Shown: positions 13,901-25,740 of the stretch, piece after piece
Position numbering within the stretch: position 1 is the stretch's first letter
How the letters are laid out: every line of letters starts with the position of its first letter
From: Sphagnum compactum
Taxonomy: Eukaryota
Length of the DNA: 64,000 nt
Assembly: GCA_965153455.1 (NCBI GenBank)
Contig: OZ234493.1
Coordinates: 10,096,213-10,160,212, forward strand
Direction: 5' to 3'
Program-made: the position numbers and the translations under genes
Notes under the pieces: generated by a model
Seen by the model: the letters and a program-made list of their open reading frames with translations, nothing else
Databases searched by the model: none
Told to the model about the DNA's origin: nothing

Positions 13901-15038
13901 CACCAACAAAGTTCTGTATTTTGCCAAAACTCTTTTGGCAAGGCTCAACAGCGAGATCCACCTAGTTTTCACATTGCGAACTATTTTATTCCCTTGTATT
14001 TCCATGACCTTAGCAAGTTTTGTGAATTCCAAATGTCAGTTAAGGGAATGTGTAAAGTAGGCATGTAAATTTTGTAACAAACTCTCAATGTGCTTCACCA
14101 AAAGCAAACTTGATAAGGTCTACACATCTAGATTTGTGCAATGGGCCATACAATGGACCCCAATGGAATAAAGAACATGGTCATCACGAATCTACTTGGT
14201 TACACCAGACTTGGTTCCCTGAAATACATTGACATCGCCAACCCCAAAGTTAATGAGTTTAGTGGAAACCTAATCTCTTAGCATTCCCCCTCCTATTGTG
14301 AATGCCTCCATGATCACTTTGGTTAGATTATCACTACAAGATCCTTCCAACACTTGATTCAAGGAAATAAGAATAGGAATTTTTACCCAATTCTATATAA
14401 CAAGCAATGGACAAACAACCAAGACTCGTTATCCAATGTAGAAACCTCGTCACAGCTAAGAGCAACATATTGTGTAGCTACCACTGCCTTTATGGTTGCC
14501 CTGAACACTTCCTGGTTCATAAATTCTGCCATTTGCCAGCCAAAATTATCAATCCAATGTTTTTTGCAATTTCTTGGAACTACTAAAAACTCAAACAATG
14601 ACCTTAAAAACTCATATTCTAACATGGGACAACCCTACTACAACAAATGTAAAATAGTCACAAAACTAGACTACCTTGTGAGTTTCTCTCCTACAATCCC
14701 ATTCATTATTTGCTAGGCGATTATTCCACGAGATCAACTAACAAGTTTTGCAAGGTTTTTTCCTTACTTATAACCCTTGTTATATAATATTATTCCCCTT
14801 TCTTCACAGAACCCATGTCCTATGCTTTTATGCAACCTGCATGCTTACAAAGCAAATCCCATTTAGGAGCCAGTAGCTTGTCTTTGCCCTCAATTTGACT
14901 ACAAATTTTGCATCTAACAATATACAAACAACCATTAAGACCCCAAACACATTTTAGCCATGGCAATTTTGCAACACACGATTCTTGAAACTTTTCTGTG
15001 AAATTGTAATTCCTTTTTTTCGACACTTGAATTTTCAA
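10950..15038 (-). mobile_element. Degenerate hAT-superfamily (ZNF862-like) transposase relic, split by a nested CACTA insertion
   Basis: Collinear fragments: N-terminal zinc finger (KFQESCVAKLPWL..RCKICSQIEGKDKLLAPKWD..CKH, 14820-15038), catalytic core (YVALSCDEVSTLDNESWLFVH, 14383-14625; RNVKTRWISLL, 13757-14032) and the C-terminal dimerisation motif (EYVKLVELAIVQVVGSVEDE..FSTL, 11109-11315). Many stops and frameshifts. Element ends not determined. Confidence 0.85.
11845..13535. mobile_element. Non-autonomous CACTA (En/Spm) element, 1.69 kb
   Basis: 13-bp perfect TIRs CACTAAAAGAAAT (11845) and ATTTCTTTTAGTG (ends 13535); 3-bp TSD AAA at 11842-11844 and 13536-13538; no coding capacity. Confidence 0.9.
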
Positions 15039-18000
15039 GGTGGGAAGCTTTGCAACAAACTACAAAGACTCAATCATAATTACGACATCTTCATCAACTA
15101 GTTTTTTCCCCTTTGGATCAACATCAACAATAGAACTAGTACATTTTGCTACAATGGGAGGAAAATAGTGAGAATCAACAACAAAACTACTAGATGTTAT
15201 GACAAGAAGAGGACAGTGATTAACAGAAGCTCCATTTGGATCACAGAGCATAAGAAGACTACTATTGACAGTGGAATTCTTATTCAAATGGAAATACTGA
15301 AACTTGTAAGAACTCGAAAGTTCAGGAGCCATGGCAAAAGAGTGCAAGCAGACAATCACAACATCTAGATAAAATAGATTTCATGGATAAATAAAAATAA
15401 CACCAAAAACAACTACATCCTCAATGGAAGAACATTTTACAACTTATAAACATCATAATCATCATCATCATTATAACATAATGTACTACCAAAAGTTTAT
15501 ATTTAATTTTAATTTAAACTTCATGATTTTAAGTCAATTTGAAAAAAAATTGATGGAAGATTGTTCTTTGTACATATATACATTAATGTGAAAAATTTTG
15601 TTGAAAATTTCCAACTAAAAAAAGTACTTCTTGGTCCTTTTGTAAAAACATTGGTTATGTGACAAACAACTGCATGTTACAAATGTACTCCAAAGGACTA
15701 TGACATCATTATTACTAGCACTAATTTCACAACATAATGATAGATTAAAATGTGGACCACCTTTAATTACACCTTTTGATCATTGTTCATTTTCTAATCA
15801 TGTCCCCAAACTTTTTAAATCTTGTTTGTACTAAAAATTGCAACATTGTGACAATTTTTTGGGTCCATCATAGCATGCAAACACCTTAACCGCCACTAGG
15901 CCCTCATGTGCATAACTCCTCCAATGGTCAATCTGCAATTGAAAACAAGTTACATAAACACTTTTAAATTGAAATAAATATGTGAAAGGACAAAAAAGGA
16001 CCAGAGTTATGAAGCCCAAACATCGAAGTTCATTACTCTTCAATTGCTTCACATATAATTGCAAGCAAACTTACAACCACATAAGTTACAACAGGTTACA
16101 AAACTTTGAATAGAAACTTGGCAAAGAGGACATGTAGTGTGCATTGCAGAAGTGAAAGAAGATGGCGAAGCTCCATTACAAATTGGAGTGTTCTGGCAAG
16201 ATAGACAAACAAAAAAGAACAAGAAGTTGGCAAACTTGGAAGTAAAGGAACATATTGAAGATGGTGAAACTATTTTCACGGGTTTCATGAACAAGCTCCT
16301 TTAATAGCTATGATGTGGCCATTTATCACTTTTGAAGGCTCTTGATTGAGTAAGTTGGTGACGATCCATACATAGCCTTAGTTTTTGGGGGCAACTTCAA
16401 CCCCTTCTCATGATGCTTTCAAGTGTTGTCAAATCTGGAACAACAATTCTTAGGCGAAGAAACCCTAATTTTTCCCCTAATTCCTTTTTACAAGTAGCCA
16501 ATTATTTTTTCAAGTTGAGAAATGGTAATAAATGACCCAAAAAAAACAAATTGGTAGCCACAAACCTCCTCTTAGTCATGACTAACATGTTTTTGGTTTT
16601 AAATATAACTTTAGGTTTTACTCCCTAACAATTCTTGATTTTGAAGGAACTTTCCATTTCAAATTTGCCTATTTTTTTTCAATTGATAAAACTTGTTCTA
16701 ACTTCTAAATCAAGTTCTTTAAACTATTGAAGTTTCATGATGGATTTTTAAATAATTTCAAACATAGTCCGATTTGGAACCAATCCAATTCCACACACAA
16801 CCCAATGTCATACATTGTCTCTAAGGTGCCTCAATAATGACAAATTTCAAATTATGTCAGCTTGTTACAAAGGGGCAAGGCAGTTCATATTCAAAAGTAT
16901 ATAATTGTTGGGCTTTAGAATTCAGGGACCACCACTCGTTGCCATGGTCTCAAACGACATAACTCCCACTAAACATACCCTTAACAACTGTTTTTGAACA
17001 ATTTGTAATGGTTTGTATTAGGAGCTTGTTAGCAAATTAATGTATAAAGTACATTTCTGTTGGATGTAAATTTAGAGCATTAGTGAATTTCTTAAGTGGG
17101 TTGATTGCAAGGATTCATGGCCAATGGGTGCAAATGGGATAACATGAGTCACACCTACATGCTTAGGGGATTACTTTTAGGGAAATATTTTTCAAAATAT
17201 TCTTTAAAAAGTCTTCCCAAAATTCTTGTAAAATCTTTAAATTTTTTTTTATATTATTATGTCAAGGTTTATGTAAAAGATTTCAAGATATATGTAATTT
17301 TCAAAAGTTCGGAAGTCTATTTATAAGTCGTTTTAATGTTAAAAAACACACGTTACAATTTTTAATGAGTGCTTTTGAGAGTTTTTTATTCATAAAATAT
17401 TTTTCAAATTAATTCACATGTTCCAATGATATATTATGAGCCTTATTATATAAAAAAATCTTATATTTTCAACACCAAATTAAATTACCATTTTTAAATG
17501 TGAAAAGTTAAACATTCGTTACACTTGCTGTGATACATGTTAATGTGACTGCACCCCAACATGTGGGCCAAGGGAAATCACTTCCATTTTTTTAATAAAT
17601 ACCTTGCCAAAAAAACAAAGTAAGTTATTAAAAAAATATAATTTATAATTTATCATAATGTAAAACAAGGTGCTTAAACTATGAAAAATATACATAAAAA
17701 GATTAATTTTTTTTTCAATTTTAATAAAAAGATGTCTTAAAAATTTCTTTATTTCATAGCATATTATAAAAAACACCTATTTATCTCACATGTTTCATAA
17801 AATATATAAAAAATGACTTCCCTAAACATGAATCAACTAAAGAAAAAAATGCCTCTTGCCTACTAAATAAATTGCACATTCATTTTCAATTCCTCTATAC
17901 TTCATGGTAAATAGATGAATTGGATAATAACATTTTTTCATGGGCCCACATGTCATTTTGGAATTCTTGTCTATGGTAGTTTCCACCAAAAAATTGTTAA

Positions 18001-18479
18001 AAGTTGTTTAATATAATATTTTGGGTCACCCTCAAAAAAGCACTTCCCAAAAGTTGATTTGTAAATCATGATTTTAAATATATATTTCATAAAACATTTC
18101 ACTATTAAAGATTGTTAAAGACTTAATCCTTGTTCAAAATTGGTTTAGGTTTATCTCAATTATACCCAATGTCACCACCATTGATAACCACAACAAGTTT
18201 TATGTTTTCTTCACAAAAGTACATTAGAACCATCACTACACTAAAATGCGTCCTAATTCACTCTAAATTTCACTAGATTTTGAATGAATTTAGACATTTT
18301 TTACCTGGTGAAATTGGTTAACCCCCTAAAGAACGAGGACCAGTTGTTACAGACAATGAAACAAGGTTGTACCTAGTGAAACAAGGTTACTCTAAAGTGA
18401 AATACAAATTTACCAAGCCATTCATTTGCTAGTTAATTAACTAGCCAACATGGAAATTAATTAAAATTAAATAATTTAA

Positions 18480-18990
18480 TATATAATATTATTGATAATT
18501 TCATGATTTTCAACCTATCATTTATTGACACATGTCACTACCTAGGCTAGGTTAAAAACCTAACCTATGTAGGTAGGCCACGTAATCAACCTAGGCACTT
18601 ATTCTAGGGAACTAAATAGGAGAATATTTAATCAACTTACCATTGTTGACCACACACAACACCACTTATGAGGTTTGATCCCTTAACCTTTAGAATACAG
18701 GCAAACACTCCTACCATCAAGCCACCCTGCTTATTGTGATAATATGTTACATTACATTCTATTTATCAAATACTTCATTTTAAACATTACAAAAACATAA
18801 ACTTTGAAAATTCATATTTTATTCAGATTTTGTTCAAATGAAATGATTCGAGTTTACTTTTTTTTTTTAATTCAATAATGTACATATTACATTTATTTCC
18901 TTTTGAAAGTGTAAAATCATTTGAACAAAAAAAAATTGAATATCATTATTTAATAACATTTCAATGACAATTTTTTGAAAAAAAAATGTT
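18480..18990 (-). repeat. Dispersed repeat with a tRNA-like (A-box/B-box) segment; second copy at about 12190-12720 inside the CACTA
   Basis: The two regions align by eye (ATTGATAATTTCAT...TGTCACTACCTA...GAGGTTTGATC...CCATCAA.CCAC). The minus strand of 18665-18728 reads GGGTGGCTTGATGGTAG...GGGATCAAACCTC, resembling Pol III A and B boxes. Confidence 0.55.
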
Positions 18991-19059
18991 TAATAAATGG
19001 ATAAGATTTTTACTAATATAATAATATTACTTATGCTAAGCTACTTTCAATTATTATAT

Positions 19060-19350
19060 GGCTATTTTTCATTAATTTAAAATATTTCACCTTACATTAT
19101 TTACGGTTATTTTTGGCTATTTCACCTTAGGTTACTTTTGGTTATTATAAGTTATTTTTGATTATTTTAGTTTATTTCACCTTAGGTTATTTTCGACTAT
19201 TGTAAGTTTTTTTTGGTTATTCTATGTTATTTTTTACTATTGTAAATTATTTCACTTTAAACTACTTATAGCTATTATAAGTTACTTTTGGCTATTCTAA
19301 ATTATTTCATCTTAGGTTATTTCCAATTATGTGAGGCTATTATTGGTTAC
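19060..19350. repeat. Degenerate AT-rich minisatellite (TTATTTCACCTTAGGTTA... units); similar tract near 3770-3930
   Basis: TATTTCACCTTAGGTTA and GGCTATT/GGTTATT motifs recur many times. Confidence 0.7.
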
Positions 19351-21124
19351 TTTTGACAACTAATGACGTACAATATGGAATTAAAAACCATTCCCTAGGC
19401 ATTGAATTCCTGCATTCTTTTTCTTTGAGGTGAAAAACAACTGATTCATGAGCAAATCCAAGGTTATTTTCCTAAAGTTATGAGGTTGATGGACTATGAT
19501 AACAATAAAAGTAGTTCAAGCAACTTGTTGCCATGGTTAACAGAAGCAAGAGATTTATGTTTTGTTGCCCATCTACCAACTTGAAGGCTTTCTCTCTTGT
19601 TGGTGATGGCCATGAACAACCTCTATTTGTGTGTCATTACCACCAAACAAAATTGTTTATATTATTGTAATGGTTGAATCAATCAATCCCACAAATTAAA
19701 CCTTGTTTCTCCACTAATCAAGAATTCATTTTTACATGTATAGATTTGGTCTCTTAAAGCCCAAAGGTAGTGTAATAGTTGATTTTTCCTCTTTGTAGTA
19801 ATGCAAATCATACAAAATTTGAAACTTTGATAAAAATTCGCAAAATTTTGACAGGTTGTTGCATTGCAAGAGATTCAATGAAATGAAGAAGGCACCTTGG
19901 GTTCCCAATACCAACGGTAGGTCATACATGGATTTGAAACTCAAGCAATGACTTGCATAATACCTTGCAAAAAAGTCTTTTGGATGAAATGGTGGTAGGT
20001 GATTGAAATCTTGAAACATGGATAATTCAACATTTGTCGAAGTTTGAGACTAAAAATAGATGTCAAACAAGCTTCCACATGGGATGATTGTGTTTTAGAT
20101 CATGCATTCTATGTTTATAGACACAAACATGATGTTTTAGATCATGCTTTCTATGCTTGTGAAACAAACTTCTACATGGGATGACTGTGTTCTGGATCAT
20201 TCGTGCTATGTTTGGGATTTGTGTTCACTCACTCAATAATACTAAATTCAATTTCACTGATGGTGTATTGCATGAAAAGAAAAATATGCAAAGTTGGGAG
20301 AACTAGTTCCATGCAGAGGAGTGGTTGTACATGGTAAAAACAAGTCATGTTCTCCATTCACACCTTGTCAGATTAATGCACAATCTTCATGAGACATTAT
20401 GGAAGGATGAACTTTTCTTGCCCATAATATTCAAAGATCAGTTAAATGAATTAATAACTCAATTGCAAAAAAAAGGCATGATAACCAAGCATGCTTTTAA
20501 TCTCACCTTTCTATACCAGAAATGAGGTTATGCTTTGATGTAAAGCTGGATTGGAATTTTCAAACACTTTCAAGGTTTCCTCTCCACAGATAAAACTAAA
20601 CCCATCGACTCAGACTCGTGACAAAAAATGCATCACATTATGAAAAAAGACCATTGTCACATGAGGATGTTTGATATTTTTCTTGCTCTGCATGTTCTTT
20701 TCACATTCAAAAATCAGGTCATTTGCATTCAACAAATGGATAAGTATATGTACAAAGCTCCGCAAACCCAAGGTGTCAAAGCATCAACCTTTCATTATAA
20801 TTGGTACACATTCAAAAGCCAAACCTGTTGCACAAACTCTTTGACATTGTGACTCTCAGGAACTTGAAGACACTCAAAAACATAGTTCAATAACATTATT
20901 GTCACAAATAACAGTCATCAGAGCTAAAGGGGCTTCTCATTGTCTCTAGATCAAAGTCAAGCCCTACATATCTTGGTTACAGTAAAATGTATGAGCCCCA
21001 TCAAATTCCTCTTTCCCCTTCTCCAGTGCAGTTTCCAGATTGCAAAACAATTATCATCTGACAAAATTTATGAGACCAGAATTTGCCTATCTTACAGGTC
21101 AAAAAAATGAATCAATTAAGTACC

Positions 21125-23751
21125 TCATGTATAAAGAGATGGGTGGAGCACTGTAGGTAGCTTTGCAGGCATTCTTGGTAGTTCATGCGGGGGAGAGAAG
21201 GACATGTGATCCAAGAAATGATCATTGAATCCACCCTCATCACTAGTGAAACTCCTGGGTTCAAACCCTCGCTGCTTATTGAAGCTCCCTGACCGTTCAG
21301 GCATTTCCCCATCCCTGTCCATATCCTCATCACTAATATCCTGGTCTAAGCTTCCAACTGAGGATGTGGGAGAATGAGGCATATGCTTGTGGGAAAAGGA
21401 CGAATCATCTTCCCATGAAGAGCTTGGCTCTGAAAATGTTGCATTCACAAAGGCATCATCCTCCTCATGTACATCTTCAAGTATCTCAGGGGGTTCCACC
21501 ATAGACCACTGGATGAAATTTGGGCGTATGAATCTGTCAGACTGCTTGAGGAGATAAGGGTCAAAAGGGAAGAACATGTCAAGCCGAATATCACCACCAA
21601 ATGATCTCATTACCTGTGAGCCAGGAAACTCCTTGGAGTCTGCCCAAACCCGACAGTCAACAAGCTGTGCTAGGCTTGCCTGTTTCACAAACTCTTCAAC
21701 CACTGATGGTAAACATACACTTAAGGGATTGAGATGATGCTCAACCAGCTCCTGCAAGGGTAGAGTTCGCAAGGCCCGCTTCTGTCTAGGGTCATCAGTT
21801 AGTTCCTTCAGTCTGAAACAGAGCACATACATCACTGCCTGGCAAGCAGAATAGAAGACACCGTGCATGACTGGGTCTGCAGTAGACATGGAGGGGTTTT
21901 TGCGATCTTCTGCCAACTGTGCATATGAGACACACCACTCTAGTAAACTTCTGACAGAGTCAAGAATAACAGATGGTGGCAAGTAGCTTGCCCGGGCAAG
22001 GTAGCTTGCAAGATATGCAGCTGCTGACATTCGAGTGTTGGGCGGGCGCATCTTGGAAGTGAAAATGTCACAAAGGAGCAAGGCAAAGCTGCTCCCACAG
22101 GTTGTGGGGGCCAGGGAACACACATAGAAGATTAAGAACTGGGTAAACTTGGACTTGTGGGTGTCCAAGATTGTTGTCTGGAAAGACCAGATGAGTGTTT
22201 CAAAGACAAGATTGCAGTGGCCTTGATTCACACACATCTGCAGATGATTGAAGGTCATGTCCATCATCAGATCCATCTTATCGGCCATTTCATCCAAAGT
22301 AGGCAGCACCCCGTCCTGGGCTGACCGCCCCACCATAAGTCCATGCTGATGCTTGGCCTCAATACCAGGCCCTGACAAATCAGAGGCAAGACACACACCA
22401 TCCTCAGCCTCTTTTGCATCGACATTATTCTCATCCTCCAGATTCATGTGGAACATGAACACTTTATTACTGTCCTCTTCTTTCAGGATGTCCTCCCACC
22501 TTATCTCTACATCAATTTCAATAAGACGGTCTACAACAGCCAATAGCATCTGGCCACCAAGAGCACCACCCAGTGTGCTGCTCTCCAGTTTCAGCATACT
22601 TTCAAAATACAATGCCAACCACTGCTTCTCTGTTGTCCTATGTGGCATTCTTTGGACAACAATGCGCTGCAGTCGAAACGCTGCTGTAGGAACAAGCTCT
22701 AAAATCTGGTGAAGAGCTGAGTGAAGACACCCCAAAACCTGCAACAACCAACATAAAGAAGATTAGGATTTCCTATTCCTTTTAGCAAGCCACATAAGGG
22801 TTCATGTTCATCTCTAACCATTTTGTATTCTACATTGAAAAATGGACAACTGAAGCCCAAAACATCAACAACATGGTGACAATCAAAGAAGTAGAACTGT
22901 TTGGTTTATCTATAAGACAGTCCCAGTAGGGTTCAAGCTACTGCACTGAAGAGAATCCTGCTTAAATACTCAAAAGAATGACTGAGAAAAAGCTCAGATA
23001 TCCTCAGAAAGGTGGCTGGCTTGTACCACTATAACTTCAAATATCCCAAGAACTCTCTAGTACATAAACTAGATTTTAACGCCAGAAAACTGGCAAAAAG
23101 AAAAACCCTCCACAGATATGAGAAGAAAAACATTGGAAAAACCCTTGAAAGGAACTGACATAGCAATGATAACAGAGAATAAGAACAGACATGTGCAGTG
23201 TAGAGTGACAGACTTACAGCATCTTTCCTGACAATATGCTCTAAAGCTTGTGTCCGCAGCTTATCCATGGAGAGAAACCCCATCATCAGGCCAGACCTGC
23301 TAAAGGAGTCGAGAAAAGCTGGCAGACAGCAAGAGGGTGGCAAGAAATTGCGCACCAGCATGTCTAAGCACTGTGAGACATAGCTGCCATTCACAGTTGC
23401 AAGATTCACAACGAAGCCCAAGAGAGAATCCACAACTTCGTCGCTGTAAATCCATACACTCATCCCCAACAAGTACATGAGCAACGTCTGATGATCGTGT
23501 TCATCGAAATAGGAGACAGTCTGCGACAGTGCCGTGAGACGAATGGACAACGCAGAAACACTTGCAATGTCGTTGATGCGCGGGTCCCTCAAGTCGCTCA
23601 ACAATTTGTTGTAGTGACCTTTGTCTCCTCTACTCGACGCGGATGCTAGAGCTCGAAGAATCCAGGACCTTGCTATGGCAATAAGCTCTTCATCACTCAC
23701 CTCTGTCTCACCGACTCCATGCGTGGTGACCTCGCTGACTGCCAATCCCAT
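21125..23751 (-). CDS. RRN3: RNA polymerase I-specific transcription initiation factor RRN3; exons 23751-23218 and 22738-21125, about 715 aa
   Basis: RRN3 motifs: CLDMLVRNF, DRLIEIDVEIRWEDIL, ADKMDLMM, HKSKFTQFLIFYVCS, RMSAAAYLASYLARA, FYSACQAVMYVLCFR, LNPLSVCLPSVVEEF, LDMFFPFDPYLLK. Phase-0 donor GCT|GTAAGT at 23218/23217 and phase-0 acceptor TTGCAG|GTT at 22739/22738 join in frame. Confidence 0.95.
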
Positions 23752-24279
23752 AGCTGCTGCTGGCCGCTGCTTCTTTGATTTTTCTTCGTTTTTTTCACCT
23801 CTGTTTTCCCGCTTCTTCTTCTCTACGAATGGCAGCACCGCTTCTCACTCAGCGTCGTCCCAACTCTTCGAGCTTACAACAACAGAACTCCCTCAGGAGC
23901 CACAAAACCTTGCACACGAGAAGGAATCTCCCAGTCCTCTCTGGGTGTCACGTACCAAAATAAACCGACCTCACAGTAAAAAGAATCTCTTTTCTGTTTC
24001 GTCTGTGGAACAACCGCAGCAGCATCCTTCACACGAAAACGAACCTTACAACTCCCTTTCTCTCTAAATACACTGAGCTCTGTTCTAAACCATGCCTTGT
24101 CAATCAGAACCACAAAGAAACATATCAGAAACCAACCACAACAACAACAACAACGACAACAACCTGCCCTGGCACCCAAAGTTGCCGCCGCCTCCCTAAA
24201 TCGCCACTTCTACCACGATTCTAAATGGATTCGAGCCAGATTTTTTTCAACGAATAAAAATAAACATAGAGAAGCCAAA

Positions 24280-25740
24280 CAAAACCCTATAACTAAATTC
24301 CTCAACTTAGCGCCCGAATCAGCAACAGCGAAGAAGAGCGAGGAGGAGCAATGGCGTGCGCGGCAGGAAAAGCGAGAAAGAGCGGCGCGGCCGAAGATGA
24401 AGAAGCGGCTCCTCCTCACCGTGCCTTCGCTATACACTGATGGCTAAACTCTGGCTAAACCCAGTCCCGTACATGGCGAGAGCTATTTCATTTGTCTGCG
24501 ACCGTTTCGGCCGGTGATCCCTACCGGCAACTTCTTCCCGCGACGCTTGTTCACAGGTGGGGATAAAACGCTGCCTAACTTAACCTGACTACGTTCGCAG
24601 TAAGTTAGAGAAAGTTAAACTAATGGATAAATTATCTGCGCCACCAGTTTTCACTAAATTACTTTACTTAGCTCCACCGGTATTCAGTACGTGACCCTGC
24701 GAAAGAAAATTGGATGAAAAAAAGTCAAAAAACATGCCAGTTTGTCTCAGCAAAATGGTTTTGACCCAGCATTTTTGTGTAGGATACTGAGGCTCTCGGA
24801 AAAGGCACAGCACACCCTCCCTATCACTTTCTCTTGTCAATTGGCTAAATAGTTTGGTTGGTCCAAGTGGGTGGGTAGTAGTAGTCTGTCACCTGTTTGC
24901 AGTTCCTGAAGCTTTAGTTTTATGAGTTGGGTTGGAAAAAAGTAAATAACTAAAAGTGGATGTGAGAAGTGTTTTTACAGAGTCACATATTGAGCACAGC
25001 TGGATGAGATGTAAAGAAGAGAGAAAAATAGTGGATCTATGGATGAAAAAAAGTGCTTCTCGTTGCCTGGGATCATCCACTAATCTAGCAAGTCGATGTC
25101 AGTAATCGATATTCCGCGGGTCTGAAATTTTTCTTGGGTTTATGAGGAGGGAGTCCAATATATTTCAACGATTCAGATCCTCAGCTGCGCAAGCTCGTCT
25201 GATCTCAGCCCCGAGTTTTTATATATTCTAGATTTTTAAAAAATTTGTAAATTCGAGAATGGTAGATAATAGGGGTTAGAATTACGTTCTGAAGGAGATT
25301 CGACCTGTAGATCCAGATCCCAACAATCAGGGATTAGTTACTAAGTCAGGTGATGATTTTACATCAGGACCGAGATTCAGATCCTCTCTGCAAGATGGCG
25401 AAAACCTATCCGCACCTGGGCTATATTCACTGTTTGCTCTCCAGCCCTAGATGACCGTCTGCAGTCGGTCGCTTTTAGGGTTCGGCTGCAGCCGCCTCAC
25501 GCTCGCCATCTTTTCGTCTTCGGCAAAACTGCGGGCGAAATAGCGCTGACCGGAAATAACCAGGAATCATCGGTAACGACCGGTAACGACCCCGCATTGT
25601 GGTCTTGCGGTAAGCCAACGGATGATAATTTCTTGACATCCGCGAGCACACAACTGGGAGTTCTTATTAGTACTGCTCTCTCATCGCTGCTTCTCGTGGT
25701 GGACTGGGCGGGGAATTTCAGGGTTTACTGTTTAGGGTTT
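24280..25740. promoter_or_regulatory. Probable bidirectional promoter region (RRN3 leftwards; ankyrin-relic transcription unit rightwards)
   Basis: GC/CpG-rich blocks at about 24330-24600 and 25380-25800; telo-box-like AAACCCTA/TAGGGTT at about 24282, 25476 and 25733; candidate leader-exon donors ACG|GTGAGG (minus, about 24419) and GCG|GTAAGC (plus, about 25609). Confidence 0.5.

Noticed and set aside
10228-16575. Candidate TIR pair for the first hAT relic (GTAGCCACCAG..TTTGTTTTTT and its inverse near 16545-16565)
   Set aside because: Similarity is partial and no 8-bp TSD could be identified, so the ends were left undefined.
23752-23838. N-terminal extension of RRN3 in the ORF track
   Set aside because: It starts at a non-ATG codon; the first ATG is at 23751. 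The ORF-track tail past 23218 is intron read-through.
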